A DNA stretch of 64,000 nt from Bernardetia sp. OM2101 (GCF_042180575.1 NZ_CP170094.1:1912604-1976603); one strand, 5' to 3'; positions 38,313 through 49,169 are shown, counted from the stretch's first letter. The notes: generated by a model not told the origin, from the letters alone. Program-made: numbers and translations.

Positions 38313-39083
38313 ATGAAAAAAAAATATTTTAATTTTTTTACACCATTTTTTTTGACAACTCTATTATTTATTTCATTTTTTGGAATGAATACTGTTTTGG
38401 CACAATTTACAACAAATGATACTACACAAGTAGTTGTAAAAAAGAAAAAAGAACCAAAGTCTCCAGCCGTTTATACACCTATTTCTTTTCGTTTGGGATT
38501 AGATATGTGGTCTATGATTAATAATGCTCGTAATCCAAATATTTTGCGTTTTAATGGTAATGCAGAAATTACCTTGAACAATATTTGGTTTGCTGTTTTG
38601 GAAGGTGGTTATGGTGATGCACTTTCCTTCAAAGATATTCCAAATTCTTTTGAGTATCAAAATGTAGGTTATTTTGGTACAATAGGTGTGGAATATAATG
38701 TAATACACCGTCTTTTGGATAGAGAAGCTATTGTTTTGGGAGCAAAATATGGTTTTGCTAACTTTTCTCACAAAGTAAATTATAATATTGATGATCGTTA
38801 TTGGGATTTAGAAGCTGTCGAAAATCCACGTACCCGTTTTTCAAGACAATTAAATGAAGATAATATAACTTTTAGTTGGGCAGAAATTAATGCTGGATTA
38901 AAAGTAAATCTAGCTAGAAAAGGATTTTTATCGCATATCTACATGAGTTATTTGTTCAGAATTCGTATGCGAATCAATCAACCAGATGATGTACTTGCTA
39001 AACCCACAACGATTGCAGGTTTTGGGCAAAATGATAAGCCTGTAAACCTTGGTTTTAGTTACTTTCTGAGTTATGAATTTTAA
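38313..39083 (+). CDS. Putative outer-membrane beta-barrel protein (ends in aromatic ..YEF)
   Basis: Signal peptide, alternating beta-strand-like segments, C-terminal Phe. Confidence 0.5.
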   Translation: MKKKYFNFFTPFFLTTLLFISFFGMNTVLAQFTTNDTTQVVVKKKKEPKSPAVYTPISFRLGLDMWSMINNARNPNILRFNGNAEITLNNIWFAVLEGGYGDALSFKDIPNSFEYQNVGYFGTIGVEYNVIHRLLDREAIVLGAKYGFANFSHKVNYNIDDRYWDLEAVENPRTRFSRQLNEDNITFSWAEINAGLKVNLARKGFLSHIYMSYLFRIRMRINQPDDVLAKPTTIAGFGQNDKPVNLGFSYFLSYEF

Positions 39084-39172
39084 GTGTATAATATGTTGCT
39101 TGTATAGACATAAACAAAAAAAAGTATTCAATTAAAGCTAAAGAAAATACGTCCTCAGAAGCAAACATATAA

Positions 39173-40093
39173 TTATGCCTTGAAATTCAATTTTAATTGC
39201 TCGCAATATTCCATAAAATCACATTTATAAGGAGAAAGACAATACTCTCCCATTTCTATTTTTGGCTCTTCGCTCGCAAGTACAGTTTTGAATTTTTGTA
39301 TTAATGAATCTATATCTTTTATTCTTTCCTCTAATTCATTTTTTACATCAATTATATTTCCTTCGTTATTTTCATCTCTCAAAACGACATTGAATGTATT
39401 GATGGCTGTTTCTCCAAACTTTTGTTTACAGATGAAATATTGAATTGCCAAATCATTCCAAATTACGTCCTGCATATAAATATGAGATTTGATTTCATAA
39501 AAATCATACAAGTTTTCACTTATTTTATCCACCACATCACACATGACCAAAATATCACTTTCTATAAAAGTAGCTTCAAAAAGAGTGATTTTTTCGTTTT
39601 TTTTCAATAAAAAGTCTGTATAAGAAGGAAAATAACCAAAATTGAAACCTAGGTTTTCTTTTACATTGATTCCATTTTCAAAATTTTGTTCTCTAAAAAG
39701 GTCTTCAAATTGATGTCCTTTTTTGAAAAGTGCTAGTGTTTTTGCGCTTGGTGGAGTGCGTTCTTTTTTCTTGTGTTTGTCCAAATACAGATATTTTACA
39801 CATTGTTTTCCCTTGACAAATGAAGATTTAGAGAGATTCCAGTTTTGAAACTCTAAGGCAGACTGAGATTTATTTTCGTTTTTTTCTTGCTTTTCTTCTT
39901 CTTTAACTTCATTGATTTTCTCTTCCAAAAGACTAATCAAATGCAATGGATATTTTTCATTTCCTTTATATTGCTTGAGTTTTTTTATTGCTTTTTTATA
40001 ATTCGTAAAGCTAAGGTTGTAGTCTTTCATTTCGAAAGCTATTTTGCCTAGTTTTATCGAATTGCTGTCTATGAATTTTATGTAGTCATTCAT
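39173..40093 (-). CDS. Cas4-like PD-(D/E)XK nuclease-fold protein with four-Cys (Fe-S) signature
   Basis: One N-terminal Cys (..KGKQCVKYLYL..), core D..D...EIK (CDVVDK...DFYEIKS) and C-terminal C-x5-C-x5-C (CLSPYKCDFMEYC), the RecB/Cas4 arrangement. Confidence 0.45.
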   Translation of the reverse strand: MNDYIKFIDSNSIKLGKIAFEMKDYNLSFTNYKKAIKKLKQYKGNEKYPLHLISLLEEKINEVKEEEKQEKNENKSQSALEFQNWNLSKSSFVKGKQCVKYLYLDKHKKKERTPPSAKTLALFKKGHQFEDLFREQNFENGINVKENLGFNFGYFPSYTDFLLKKNEKITLFEATFIESDILVMCDVVDKISENLYDFYEIKSHIYMQDVIWNDLAIQYFICKQKFGETAINTFNVVLRDENNEGNIIDVKNELEERIKDIDSLIQKFKTVLASEEPKIEMGEYCLSPYKCDFMEYCEQLKLNFKA

Positions 40094-40108
40094 GAGAAAT
40101 GAGTAGTT

Positions 40109-40576
40109 TTAAAATTTAGGTGTTGGCATAACAGAATTCCACATAAAAATCATTGCTATTACTCCTCCCAAAAGCATAAAAGGAATCGTTATTTTGATAT
40201 ACTTTGCACTAGGATTATTTCTTAAAAGTCCTGGATGATTTGCCATAAACTCTGCTCCACCTTTGAAATAAACCCACCAAGCCATTAGGATATATAATCC
40301 TATAAGTGAAAAATGAAAAAATAATACTATCGGATTCATCATTCTAGGAGCAAAAAACTCAAAAATATTATTTGTCATTCCTGTCAAATCTCCTATTCCC
40401 ATTATAACCCAAGGAATATTTCCAAAGAAAACCCAGCCTTTGAAGTAGTTATCATACCCTTCTTTTAGTTCAGGATTCTGTTCTATGTACTTATTAGCTC
40501 TAAATTTTAGGATAACACCGTTGAGCAGTGTTACTAAAATGAATAGTATCCAGCCATGTTTGAATATAAGTTCCAT
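40109..40576 (-). CDS. Hypothetical integral membrane protein (four predicted TM helices)
   Basis: Hydrophobic 155-aa ORF. Confidence 0.45.
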   Translation of the reverse strand: MELIFKHGWILFILVTLLNGVILKFRANKYIEQNPELKEGYDNYFKGWVFFGNIPWVIMGIGDLTGMTNNIFEFFAPRMMNPIVLFFHFSLIGLYILMAWWVYFKGGAEFMANHPGLLRNNPSAKYIKITIPFMLLGGVIAMIFMWNSVMPTPKF

Positions 40577-40599
40577 TTTTTAAGTGATTAGTTTTTGTA

Positions 40600-41607
40600 G
40601 ATAATAGACTTTATTACGATAATTTTTGATAGGTTATTCTTGTCTTTACCCTTAAATTATGAATACCACACGCAATTTCCATGACTTGGTCTCTTACCTC
40701 TTCTCCCCACAATCGGATTTCATCTAAGACAATTCTAAGTCTTTTTACTCCTGCTATGCTGTGTTCTGCACGTACTCTACGACTAGACTTTTTACTATTT
40801 TCAGCCTTGTCCTGCTCCGATAATTCTTTTCCTCTAGGCTTTTTTTTGGGTTGCTCAATAAGGACACCTTTAGGTCTATGACCTTGATAACCAGTATCTT
40901 GATGAAGAATAGTTCCCTCAGGAAAGGTAATATCATCTTCTTCTAATAAACGTTTATCGTGTACTTTTCCTGTTTCTGTATCTCCTAAAAAAACTACCTC
41001 TTGATGTTTATCTGTAACTAAAGTATTTTTTATAGTGTGCTTTTTTTTTTCCACTATATACTTCTTTTTGAGCTTTGTAATCGGAGGGACGAGGAATTTC
41101 ACGTTCGCTTCCATCTACCCATAACTCTAAGGCTTTACCTGCTTCTTCAACACGATCTGCAAGTTTTATTGTCCATTCCGATTCATTTCTTGCAGGCAAT
41201 ACATTAATTTTTCTTAAACTTTCTTTTAAAATGGGAAGAAGGCTGTTAATCCATTGATTAACTTTTCCTTGAGAAACATCAAAAGTAAGAGCTAAAGATT
41301 CCTGTAAAGGGTTGTTTTTCAAGTAGTAAAGGATAAAAAAAAGTTTCATTTCACTACCTTTTAGTTGTATTTTTGCGTGTTCTCGGAAGGTGGGCTTATT
41401 TCTAGCCTTTCCTTTGAGGTCATAATACATATAATGTTTTTCCCAAAGTGGAGAAAAAGTAGCTAATAACTCATCAAACTCTTTGATAGTCAAGCTAGTA
41501 AGAGCCATAAAAGGCTTTTCTTTTTTACGTAAGTTAGGTAAATCAATCATAAAGTAAGGATAAAATGACCGCTAATATAATAAAATTTACGTTTTAAAGT
41601 CTAATAA
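40600..41607 (-). mobile_element. IS element of about 1 kb encoding an HTH_Tnp_4 plus DDE_Tnp_4 (IS5-family/Harbinger-type) transposase with imperfect terminal inverted repeats
   Basis: Ends ATAGACTTTATTACGATAATTTT (40602-40625) and, in reverse complement, ATTAGACTTTAAAACGTAAATTTT (41582-41605). Confidence 0.65.
40614..41550 (-). pseudogene. DDE_Tnp_4 transposase split into two overlapping frames at an A10 run (frameshifted, or expressed by programmed frameshift)
   Basis: N-terminal part (41008-41550) and C-terminal part (40614-41114) overlap around the homopolymer at 41040-41052; together about 310 aa with GKKKAHY.. and C-terminal DDE motifs. Confidence 0.6.
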
Positions 41608-41626
41608 TAAAACAAGATTTTTTTTA

Positions 41627-42091
41627 TCAAAAATCCCAACGCCAAAACTTCCATTTACCCTCACATTTTACGCCCCATTTATTGGCTTTTTTATCTAAAT
41701 CCATGTACCAATAATTGAAACCTTCTTCAAAACCAGCTCCTATTGTAAGAGAATTCCAAGCTATACTTAAACTACTAAAGATAATTAATATTCCAATACA
41801 AATCCTGTATAAAACCTTGATTACCTTACTTTCGTTGTAGAATTTTATGAATTTTGAAATGACTAACTGAAGTATAATTAGTATAATACTCCAAACAAGT
41901 GTATTCCAAATTACACCAAAAACACTATAATAACGTTCTAACGAAGTTCCTAAAGATTGTTCTGCAAAAACGAAAGGACTAGCATAATAAGTAGGAAACA
42001 TGTCTTGCCCTGTACTACAATTATATTCAATCCTTATAATTAATGATAAAACAAGTCCTAGGGCAATAAATGGAATTAGTATGTATTTCAT
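41627..42091 (-). CDS. Hypothetical membrane protein
   Basis: Multiple hydrophobic segments; Trp-rich C-terminus. Confidence 0.4.
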   Translation of the reverse strand: MKYILIPFIALGLVLSLIIRIEYNCSTGQDMFPTYYASPFVFAEQSLGTSLERYYSVFGVIWNTLVWSIILIILQLVISKFIKFYNESKVIKVLYRICIGILIIFSSLSIAWNSLTIGAGFEEGFNYWYMDLDKKANKWGVKCEGKWKFWRWDF

Positions 42092-42103
42092 TTTTTTTTA
42101 AGA

Positions 42104-44152
42104 TTAATAACTCAAAATCTTAAATTCCACTCTACGATTAAGTTTTTTACTTTCCTCATCTCTTTGTCGTGTAATGGGTTGTGTACTTCCATACGGACGA
42201 GTTTCGATTCTTAATTTATCAATTTTTTTCTTGACTAAATAATCTTGAATTGCTTTTACACGCAGTGCAGAAAGTTTCATATTCATAGTAGGTATTCCTT
42301 CAAGGTCGGTGTGTCCTTCTACTTCTATTTTTATGGTCGGATTCTCTAGCATAAAAATAACTAAACGGTCAAGCTCTGGATAAGATTCTACTAAAAGTTC
42401 ATTTGTTCCTCGTTTGAAAAAGACATTATTCAGCCTTATTTTTTGTCCAACTTCTATTGGAGTAAGGTATAAATCTCGTTTTATTTCTTTATAGACTTCA
42501 TTTCCTCTAGCATCAATATTTTCACTTACCGACACAAAACCTCTTGACTTTGCCAAGAAACCATAATTTGAATTTGGTGGTAAAGCTATTTTATAACTCC
42601 CTGTTTGTGGGTCGGCTTGAGCTGTTCCTGCATTGTCTCCTGATGGCAACATTTCATAAAAAATTTCTGCACCGATTGGTTCTTTTGTTTTGGAATTATA
42701 GACTGTTCCTGAAATAAGTAAAATTGGGTCTGGACGAACTTCTACGTGGAGTTTTGCACGATAAATATCTAGCTCAGAAACTGTCGTTTTGTTTGAATGT
42801 TTGGAAGAAGAAAAATAAGCATATTCTCCACTAGCATCAATAGAATAACCTGCATCCCAACCTGCTGAATTCAGAACATTTCCCAAATTCAACGGCTCAC
42901 TCCAATTTGTCCATGTATCATCTAACCTACGACTAACATACATATCAAAACTTCCATAACCACTACGTCCATCCGAAGCAAAATAAAGCGTTTTGTTATC
43001 CGATGAAAGTGTAGGCGTAATTTCAGAAGCTGCCGAATTGAGCATATTGCCCATATTTTTTGGGGCAGACCAAGAGTTATCTTTTTGTAAAAAACTAACA
43101 TACAAATCTCGTGAACCGAACGTGTCTTCTCTACGAATAGCCATAATCAAAACTTTGCGATTGGGAGCAAGACAAATCTCTGCATATCTATCAGTATTAT
43201 AAAAATCCTTGATTTTCAAAGGTTCTGGGTACGACCAAGAACCATCAATAGTTTTGTATGAGATTGATGCACCTTGATCCATTTTTCCATTAGGTAAATA
43301 AGCATTAGCAAGCAAAATAACATTCCCATCAGGTGTTACCGAACACACATAATTGTGTTGATTATTATTTACAGGTTCACCTAATCGCTGTGCTTCACTC
43401 CAAACTGTGTCTGAAAGGTGACGAGAAAACCAAACATCATCATTTTCTTTTCCTGCTGAAATAGAAGGTGTGTTTTGTGGATGGTCTTTTCTATCAAAAA
43501 AAAGTGTTTTTCCATCAGGAGAAATAATGGGTAAAATTTCGCTATACGAAGAATTTACTGTTCTTGGAAGGCGTTCTACTTCATTGAAAGGAATAACTGG
43601 TGTGATATTTATTTCTGCCTTTATTTGTATATCGCTTTCCGAAATTCCGATGGCATCAATACTATTCCATCCTCCTACATCAATGGTATTGAGTTTTATT
43701 TTTACAGCTTTTACTCTATAAGTTGTTTTTTGTTTTAGATAAACATTGAGCATTCTACCTTGTGTAGAAATTGGTTCTGTTCGCTGATTTTTATAAATCA
43801 AATGTCCTTTATCTTCTGTATCGTAGAGAATAATCGCCGAAACTGCACCAGCACCAAAACTCTCTGCAATAGCAATTTGCTTCACAAAAATAGCTTTTTC
43901 AAAACCCACTTTTATCCATTCATCTTGACGAGCTTCTGGACGTGCTGGCGACCAAGCACACGGACTTTGCCAAATAGCAGGCAAAACATTTGGTTTTCCT
44001 AAAACTTGTGTTGCTGTATGTTGGGTAGGGTTATTTTCATCAAAATATTCAGAAGAAAAATCAATGAGTTTGCTTGCCCAAAAAACATTTGTATTTGTTT
44101 GTGCCTTTGATAGGGAGGAGAAAAAAAATATCCCAAAAAAAATGATAAACAT
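42104..44152 (-). CDS. OmpA-family protein with TolB-like beta-propeller repeats and C-terminal OmpA/MotB peptidoglycan-binding domain; start placed at the signal peptide MFIIFFGIFFFSSLSKA
   Basis: Repeated WD40-like/TolB motifs (..S.DGK.L.F..) and C-terminal OmpA-like ..NRRVEFKI... The C-terminal domain family is certain; the exact architecture is less so. Confidence 0.7.
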   Translation of the reverse strand: MFIIFFGIFFFSSLSKAQTNTNVFWASKLIDFSSEYFDENNPTQHTATQVLGKPNVLPAIWQSPCAWSPARPEARQDEWIKVGFEKAIFVKQIAIAESFGAGAVSAIILYDTEDKGHLIYKNQRTEPISTQGRMLNVYLKQKTTYRVKAVKIKLNTIDVGGWNSIDAIGISESDIQIKAEINITPVIPFNEVERLPRTVNSSYSEILPIISPDGKTLFFDRKDHPQNTPSISAGKENDDVWFSRHLSDTVWSEAQRLGEPVNNNQHNYVCSVTPDGNVILLANAYLPNGKMDQGASISYKTIDGSWSYPEPLKIKDFYNTDRYAEICLAPNRKVLIMAIRREDTFGSRDLYVSFLQKDNSWSAPKNMGNMLNSAASEITPTLSSDNKTLYFASDGRSGYGSFDMYVSRRLDDTWTNWSEPLNLGNVLNSAGWDAGYSIDASGEYAYFSSSKHSNKTTVSELDIYRAKLHVEVRPDPILLISGTVYNSKTKEPIGAEIFYEMLPSGDNAGTAQADPQTGSYKIALPPNSNYGFLAKSRGFVSVSENIDARGNEVYKEIKRDLYLTPIEVGQKIRLNNVFFKRGTNELLVESYPELDRLVIFMLENPTIKIEVEGHTDLEGIPTMNMKLSALRVKAIQDYLVKKKIDKLRIETRPYGSTQPITRQRDEESKKLNRRVEFKILSY

Positions 44153-44293
44153 AGAAAAGCTGACTTTTCTTGAATAAGAAAAAAAATCAGCTAAAGAATT
44201 GTCCAATAAGTAAAAGTTTTGTAGCATAAACACAAAGATACATAGAGAATGGAAATAAGATAGTTAAAATTTACTTCCTTTTTTTCTATTTGT

Positions 44294-44803
44294 TTAGTCC
44301 CAATCTTGAGCCACAAATTTCATTCTTTTTCCGTCTTCTGAAGAAAGTGTTAGAAAATGTCCTTCTAATTTGTAAGTTATCATATCAGCAAGGTTTTTTC
44401 CAAAACTGGTTTCTAGTTCCATATTTTGCTGACAAGCTTTTCTTGTCATTCCTATTTGAGAGAACGTTATATTATTACTTAAATTAGTTTTTTCGTTGGT
44501 CGAAATTGAAAAAAAGATATTGTTACACCCCATAAATGCACTTCCTTGTGCAAGTCGCTTACCTTCTAAGTCAGTTGTAATTTCTTTTAGTTTGGTAAGG
44601 TCTAGTTTAGCTCCTACTTTTATGAAGTCTTCTTTTGAAAAATTATTTCCTTCATTTACATTCATATCTGTTAGCATCCAAACTCTAGCTAATTTTTGAT
44701 TTTCGGTAAGGTTTGTTGTTTTTTTATTGCTTTTGCAGCTTGAAAATAAAATGGCAGTTGAAAAAATTATAAGTAAAGATAAAAAAAATGGCTTGATATG
44801 CAT
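44294..44803 (-). CDS. META-domain (HslJ-like) lipoprotein
   Basis: Lipoprotein signal ..LFSSCKS and META-like ..LEGHFLTLSSEDGKRMKFVAQ.. segments. Confidence 0.55.
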   Translation of the reverse strand: MHIKPFFLSLLIIFSTAILFSSCKSNKKTTNLTENQKLARVWMLTDMNVNEGNNFSKEDFIKVGAKLDLTKLKEITTDLEGKRLAQGSAFMGCNNIFFSISTNEKTNLSNNITFSQIGMTRKACQQNMELETSFGKNLADMITYKLEGHFLTLSSEDGKRMKFVAQDWD

Positions 44804-46592
44804 CTTTGGTTTTAGTTTTAATGAATAATAATAATGTAGTTCATAAACTAACTTTTTGTGAATAATGTTTTTATAAAAAAACTAATCCTTACCATTCTAA
44901 AAATAGTAAGGATTAGGCTATATAAGATGCTTTCATAACGAAGGAACAAATTTTAAATAAAAATACAATAAATAAAACTGACTTTGTTCGCTGTTTTTTT
45001 GTACTAAATTGATTCTAACTCAAACTATCAAAAGATACATAACTACTAAGTTCGAATAAAATTGATTTTGTAGGATTAGACAGGATAAAATACAACTAGA
45101 TAAATTTCATTTTATCTGAAAAGTAAGCGAAAATGATGAATTATCGTGAAATAGATTTTGTAAAAGATATGAAAACAGATTTTACTTGTTTTCTTAATTA
45201 CTAATTACATTATCTGGTTTCCTGTGGGCTTACTATATTAGTTGAGACCTGAATTTAGAACAAGAGAAATACATCTTGAATTAAAATTAACATAAGTGTT
45301 GAGCAAATTTGTATGGTTTATTTGAAGCTCTAGGTGAAACATTAGTAAAGATACAAGTGAAGTTATTATTATCAATATTGAATAAATAATAACTGATTGA
45401 AATGTTTTTTGAATAAATGGCTTATCTTTTTAATTGTTTATAATAAGTATGAAAAAATAAGAATTACAAATTACTAGACTTCAAAATTAAAACTAATGTG
45501 GTTACTTTGATGCGAAAGGTTAAAAGCAAAGTATTTAGCTTTCATTACTCTCCAAAGGAATATATTTACATTACCATTTTGAATGTTTCATAAGAGTTCT
45601 GTTATCATATTTATACGTTTTCTTATTCGTACAAAATTTGAAACTGAAAATTGTTTTTAAAAGATTCTCACTATTTTTGTAGAGAGAATTTATAAATAGT
45701 TCTTTACCCTATTCATAACTACTATTTACTTAGATTTTACTTAAGCCTTTCCATCACTAATTTTCAAACAAAACATCAAGTGATTCACTATTTTTCACAG
45801 ATAAACGTTTTCTAAAAAACAAATCTGAATATTTTTTATACCATATAATTAAAATTAAATTAACAATACGAGTAAAAATGAAGTAGCTTTTCTTCCAAAA
45901 CCTAAAAAATCCCGATTGAATAATTTAGATGATTAATAGTAGAAATAACTACATTAAACTGCGAGTTACAGTAAATTTACTTTTATGCATATAACAAAAT
46001 TGTTTTTGTACTATTACCTTTTCAAACAAATTTGAAGGTCTCAAAAGTAATACTACTTTTTGTAGATGAGGTAAAACTTATCAAAAATTCAGTATAAAAA
46101 TTTCTAAAAAAGTATTGACGATTTCAATAAAAATTAGAAATAAAACATCAAAAGCAAATTGTTAAATATTCTTTCAAAAACACCTTTTGTGTCTTTTAAT
46201 TCTGTAACTTGATTCAATATAGAAATTAAATTCCGATTATGCAAGTTTTTATAGAATTATTTTTCAAAAACATCTCTAACTATTACTTCCAATTTACTTA
46301 CTTTGCAACGTAGTTTATTTTTCATTCGTAATGAATAAATTATTTTATTAAAATAAACTTTAACTAAAAATTATGTTCTATTATTAAAAAAGAAAAAGTC
46401 TAACTTTTCTGTTTTTTGCTTTTATTTTTTTGTCTGCTTCTTCTGCCACAGCCCAAATAAATGATTCTATCAATGATATTATTACTTCACGACTTCGCAG
46501 AAATGTAGAAATTCTTGCACTTGGAGTTCCTACTCACAACAGAAAAGGAACAATAAATACGCATAGAATTGATATAATCAAAAAAAGGTTTC

Positions 46593-46625
46593 GAAAAACT
46601 TGTTGCTTTTCGAAACCCTTTTAGT
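46593..46625 (-). terminator. Rho-independent terminator of the acyl-CoA ligase gene
   Basis: On the minus strand gggtttcgaaaagcaacaagtttttcgaaacc forms a hairpin followed by a T7 run. Confidence 0.7.
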
Positions 46626-46653
46626 TGTGAAATCATTTGTTTATTCTAAATAA

Positions 46654-48333
46654 CTAGACTTTTTCAGTTCCTAGTTCTTGTTCTTTCAAGACACGTCTAA
46701 GAATTTTACCTACATTAGATTTTGGTAATTCATCTTTAAAAACAACGTGTTTTGGCACTTTATAACCTGTCAAATGTTCTTTACAAAAAGCCCTTATTTC
46801 TTCTTTTGTAAGGCTATCATCTTTCTTAACGATACAAGCCATAATTGCTTCGTGTGATTTTTCATCTGGAATTCCGATTACACCTACTTCCAAAACTTTG
46901 TCATTGAGTGCAATTACACCCTCAATTTCGTTTGGATAAACATTGAAACCTGAAACCAAAATCATTTCTTTCTTTCTATCCACAATTTTGAAATACCCTT
47001 CTTCATCCATTACACCAATATCTCCTGTTTTGAAATAATCACCTATCATCACATTTGCAGTTTCTTCTGGACGCTCCCAATAGCCTTTCATAATTTGAGG
47101 TCCTTTTCCACAAATTTCACCTGGTTGTCCAAGTTCTACATCGTTTCCTGCATCATCCAAAATACGTACTTCTGTACTTGGGAGAGGCAATCCAATCCAA
47201 CCAATACGCACATCTCCAGCTAGAGGATTTACGATAAGTCCTGGTGAAGTTTCGGTAAGTCCATACGCTTCTGCAATAGGTTGTCCTGTAACAGCTTTCC
47301 AACGATTATTTACAGCTTCTTGCACTGCCATTCCACCACCTAAAGCAACTTTAAGATGAGAAAAATCTACATTTTTAAATTCTGGTTGATTCAAAAGACC
47401 ATTAAAAAGTGTATTTACACCACTAATAAGTCCCATTTTATGTTTTTTGAGTTCTTCTACAAATCCTTCCATATCTCTAGGATTTGTAATCAAAACATTC
47501 TTAACTCCATAACGCAAAAATCCAAAACAGTTGAAGGTAAGTGCAAAGATATGATACAATGGAAGCGCAGTAATACCTGTTTCGACTCCTTCTTTAATTG
47601 GACTAGCATTTATCCAAGCAACCAACTGTTGCATATTGGCTAAAATATTTCGGTGTGTTAGCATTGCACCCTTCGAAACTCCTGTTGTTCCTCCTGTATA
47701 TTGTAAGAAAGCAACATCTCCAGAATCAAATTTTGGCTTACTATAATTATACTTCTTGCCTTCATAAATTGCATCTGTAAAAGAAACAGCTTGAGGAAGA
47801 GAATAAGAAGGAACCATTTTCTTCAAATACTTGATTGCCATATTCATAGCCCAACCTTTTATACCACCTACCATATCAGCTACTTCTGTAACAAAAACAT
47901 GTTCTATACTTGTATGCTTGATTACCTTTTCAAGGTTAGAAGCAAAATTTGCTAAAATCAAAATCCCTTTTGCACCCGAATCTGTAAACTGATGTTCCAT
48001 TTCCTTGGGAGTGTAGAGTGGATTTGTATTTACCACAATCAATCCTGCACGCAAAATGCCAAAAATAGCGATTGGATATTGAATAAGATTAGGTGATTGA
48101 ATAACAAAACGATCGCCTTTCTGTAACCCTTTTCTTTGTAGATAAGCTGCAAAGGCTGCACTTTTTTCATCTAATTCATTAAATGTAAGTGTTGCTCCCA
48201 TGTTTTCATAAGCAACTTTATTACCATATTTTGCAACACTTTCTTCGAATAATCCTAATAAAGAAGAATATTCATCAGGATTTATTTCTGCTGGAATGCC
48301 TTCTGGGTATGATTTGAGCCAAATTTTGTCCAT
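46654..48333 (-). CDS. fadD: Long-chain fatty acid-CoA ligase (AMP-binding enzyme family)
   Basis: AMP-binding signature region ..LQYTGGTTGVSKGAMLTH.. and C-terminal ..GKILRR.. lysine motif. Confidence 0.85.
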   Translation of the reverse strand: MDKIWLKSYPEGIPAEINPDEYSSLLGLFEESVAKYGNKVAYENMGATLTFNELDEKSAAFAAYLQRKGLQKGDRFVIQSPNLIQYPIAIFGILRAGLIVVNTNPLYTPKEMEHQFTDSGAKGILILANFASNLEKVIKHTSIEHVFVTEVADMVGGIKGWAMNMAIKYLKKMVPSYSLPQAVSFTDAIYEGKKYNYSKPKFDSGDVAFLQYTGGTTGVSKGAMLTHRNILANMQQLVAWINASPIKEGVETGITALPLYHIFALTFNCFGFLRYGVKNVLITNPRDMEGFVEELKKHKMGLISGVNTLFNGLLNQPEFKNVDFSHLKVALGGGMAVQEAVNNRWKAVTGQPIAEAYGLTETSPGLIVNPLAGDVRIGWIGLPLPSTEVRILDDAGNDVELGQPGEICGKGPQIMKGYWERPEETANVMIGDYFKTGDIGVMDEEGYFKIVDRKKEMILVSGFNVYPNEIEGVIALNDKVLEVGVIGIPDEKSHEAIMACIVKKDDSLTKEEIRAFCKEHLTGYKVPKHVVFKDELPKSNVGKILRRVLKEQELGTEKV

Positions 48334-48574
48334 AATATAAATTGAGGAGATAAGAGTGAGTTAGGTTTTTTTATGTAAAAATAGACTTTAGGGTCTATTG
48401 TCAGAATCTTTGATTGAAGTAAAATAATTATACAAAAACTAGAATGTATATGCTATAATTATAGTAATGCTATTATTGATACAAGATATTACTTTTACAG
48501 GTAATTTTCAAACTAATTAAGAATCAAAGTAGTGTTTATTTTGAAATATCCTTTAAAATCCGAATTTTTTTAGG

Positions 48575-49108
48575 TTAATGCAAGTAAACACCATATTTTT
48601 TTTCATCATCTAAGATAACTTCGATTCGTTCTTGTAAAGTGGTTGATAACCGAAAACCTGCAAAATCTGCTGCAATAGGAAAAGAATGATGCCCTCTATC
48701 TATCAAAACTGCTGTATGAAGTTCTTTAATTCTTACTTTTAAAAATGGGCGAAGGCTATAAGCGAGTGTTCTGCCTGTATTCAAAACATCGTCTATCAAA
48801 ACAATAGATTTATTTTCAAAAACAGAAGTTTCACAATCCAAAACTACCTCACTTTGAGTAGGTTGAAGTTTATCCAAACGTACACAGATTTGAGTAATTT
48901 CTAAAGGCGAAATTTGTTTTAGTTCTTCAGCAAGTAGTTTTGTAAGAATCATTCCCATTCCTTCAATTCCTGCCAAAATAAGCGTTTTTTCTTCAAAATT
49001 TTCTTCATAAATCTCAAAGGCTAATCTGCGTATTTTTTGTTTGGTTTGTTCAGCGTTGAGAATTTGCCCTGTTTCTTGATTTGGATTTGATATAGTTGAG
49101 GATTGCAA
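48575..49108 (-). CDS. pyrR: Bifunctional pyrimidine operon regulator/uracil phosphoribosyltransferase PyrR
   Basis: Close similarity in order and spacing to PyrR: ..LAGIEGMGMILTKLLAEELKQI.., PRPP motif VLIDDVLNTGRT, ..AVLIDRGHHSFPIAADF... Confidence 0.8.
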   Translation of the reverse strand: MQSSTISNPNQETGQILNAEQTKQKIRRLAFEIYEENFEEKTLILAGIEGMGMILTKLLAEELKQISPLEITQICVRLDKLQPTQSEVVLDCETSVFENKSIVLIDDVLNTGRTLAYSLRPFLKVRIKELHTAVLIDRGHHSFPIAADFAGFRLSTTLQERIEVILDDEKKYGVYLH

Positions 49109-49169
49109 AATGAGTCGTGTTTTAAATTTAAAAAGTATTTTGATAGACTAAGATACCAATTTTTTTATT

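Noticed and set aside
46430-46624. 64-aa ORF at the fadD 3' flank
   Set aside because: It overlaps the fadD rho-independent terminator hairpin and lies in the ORF-poor AT-rich region, with no supporting signals.
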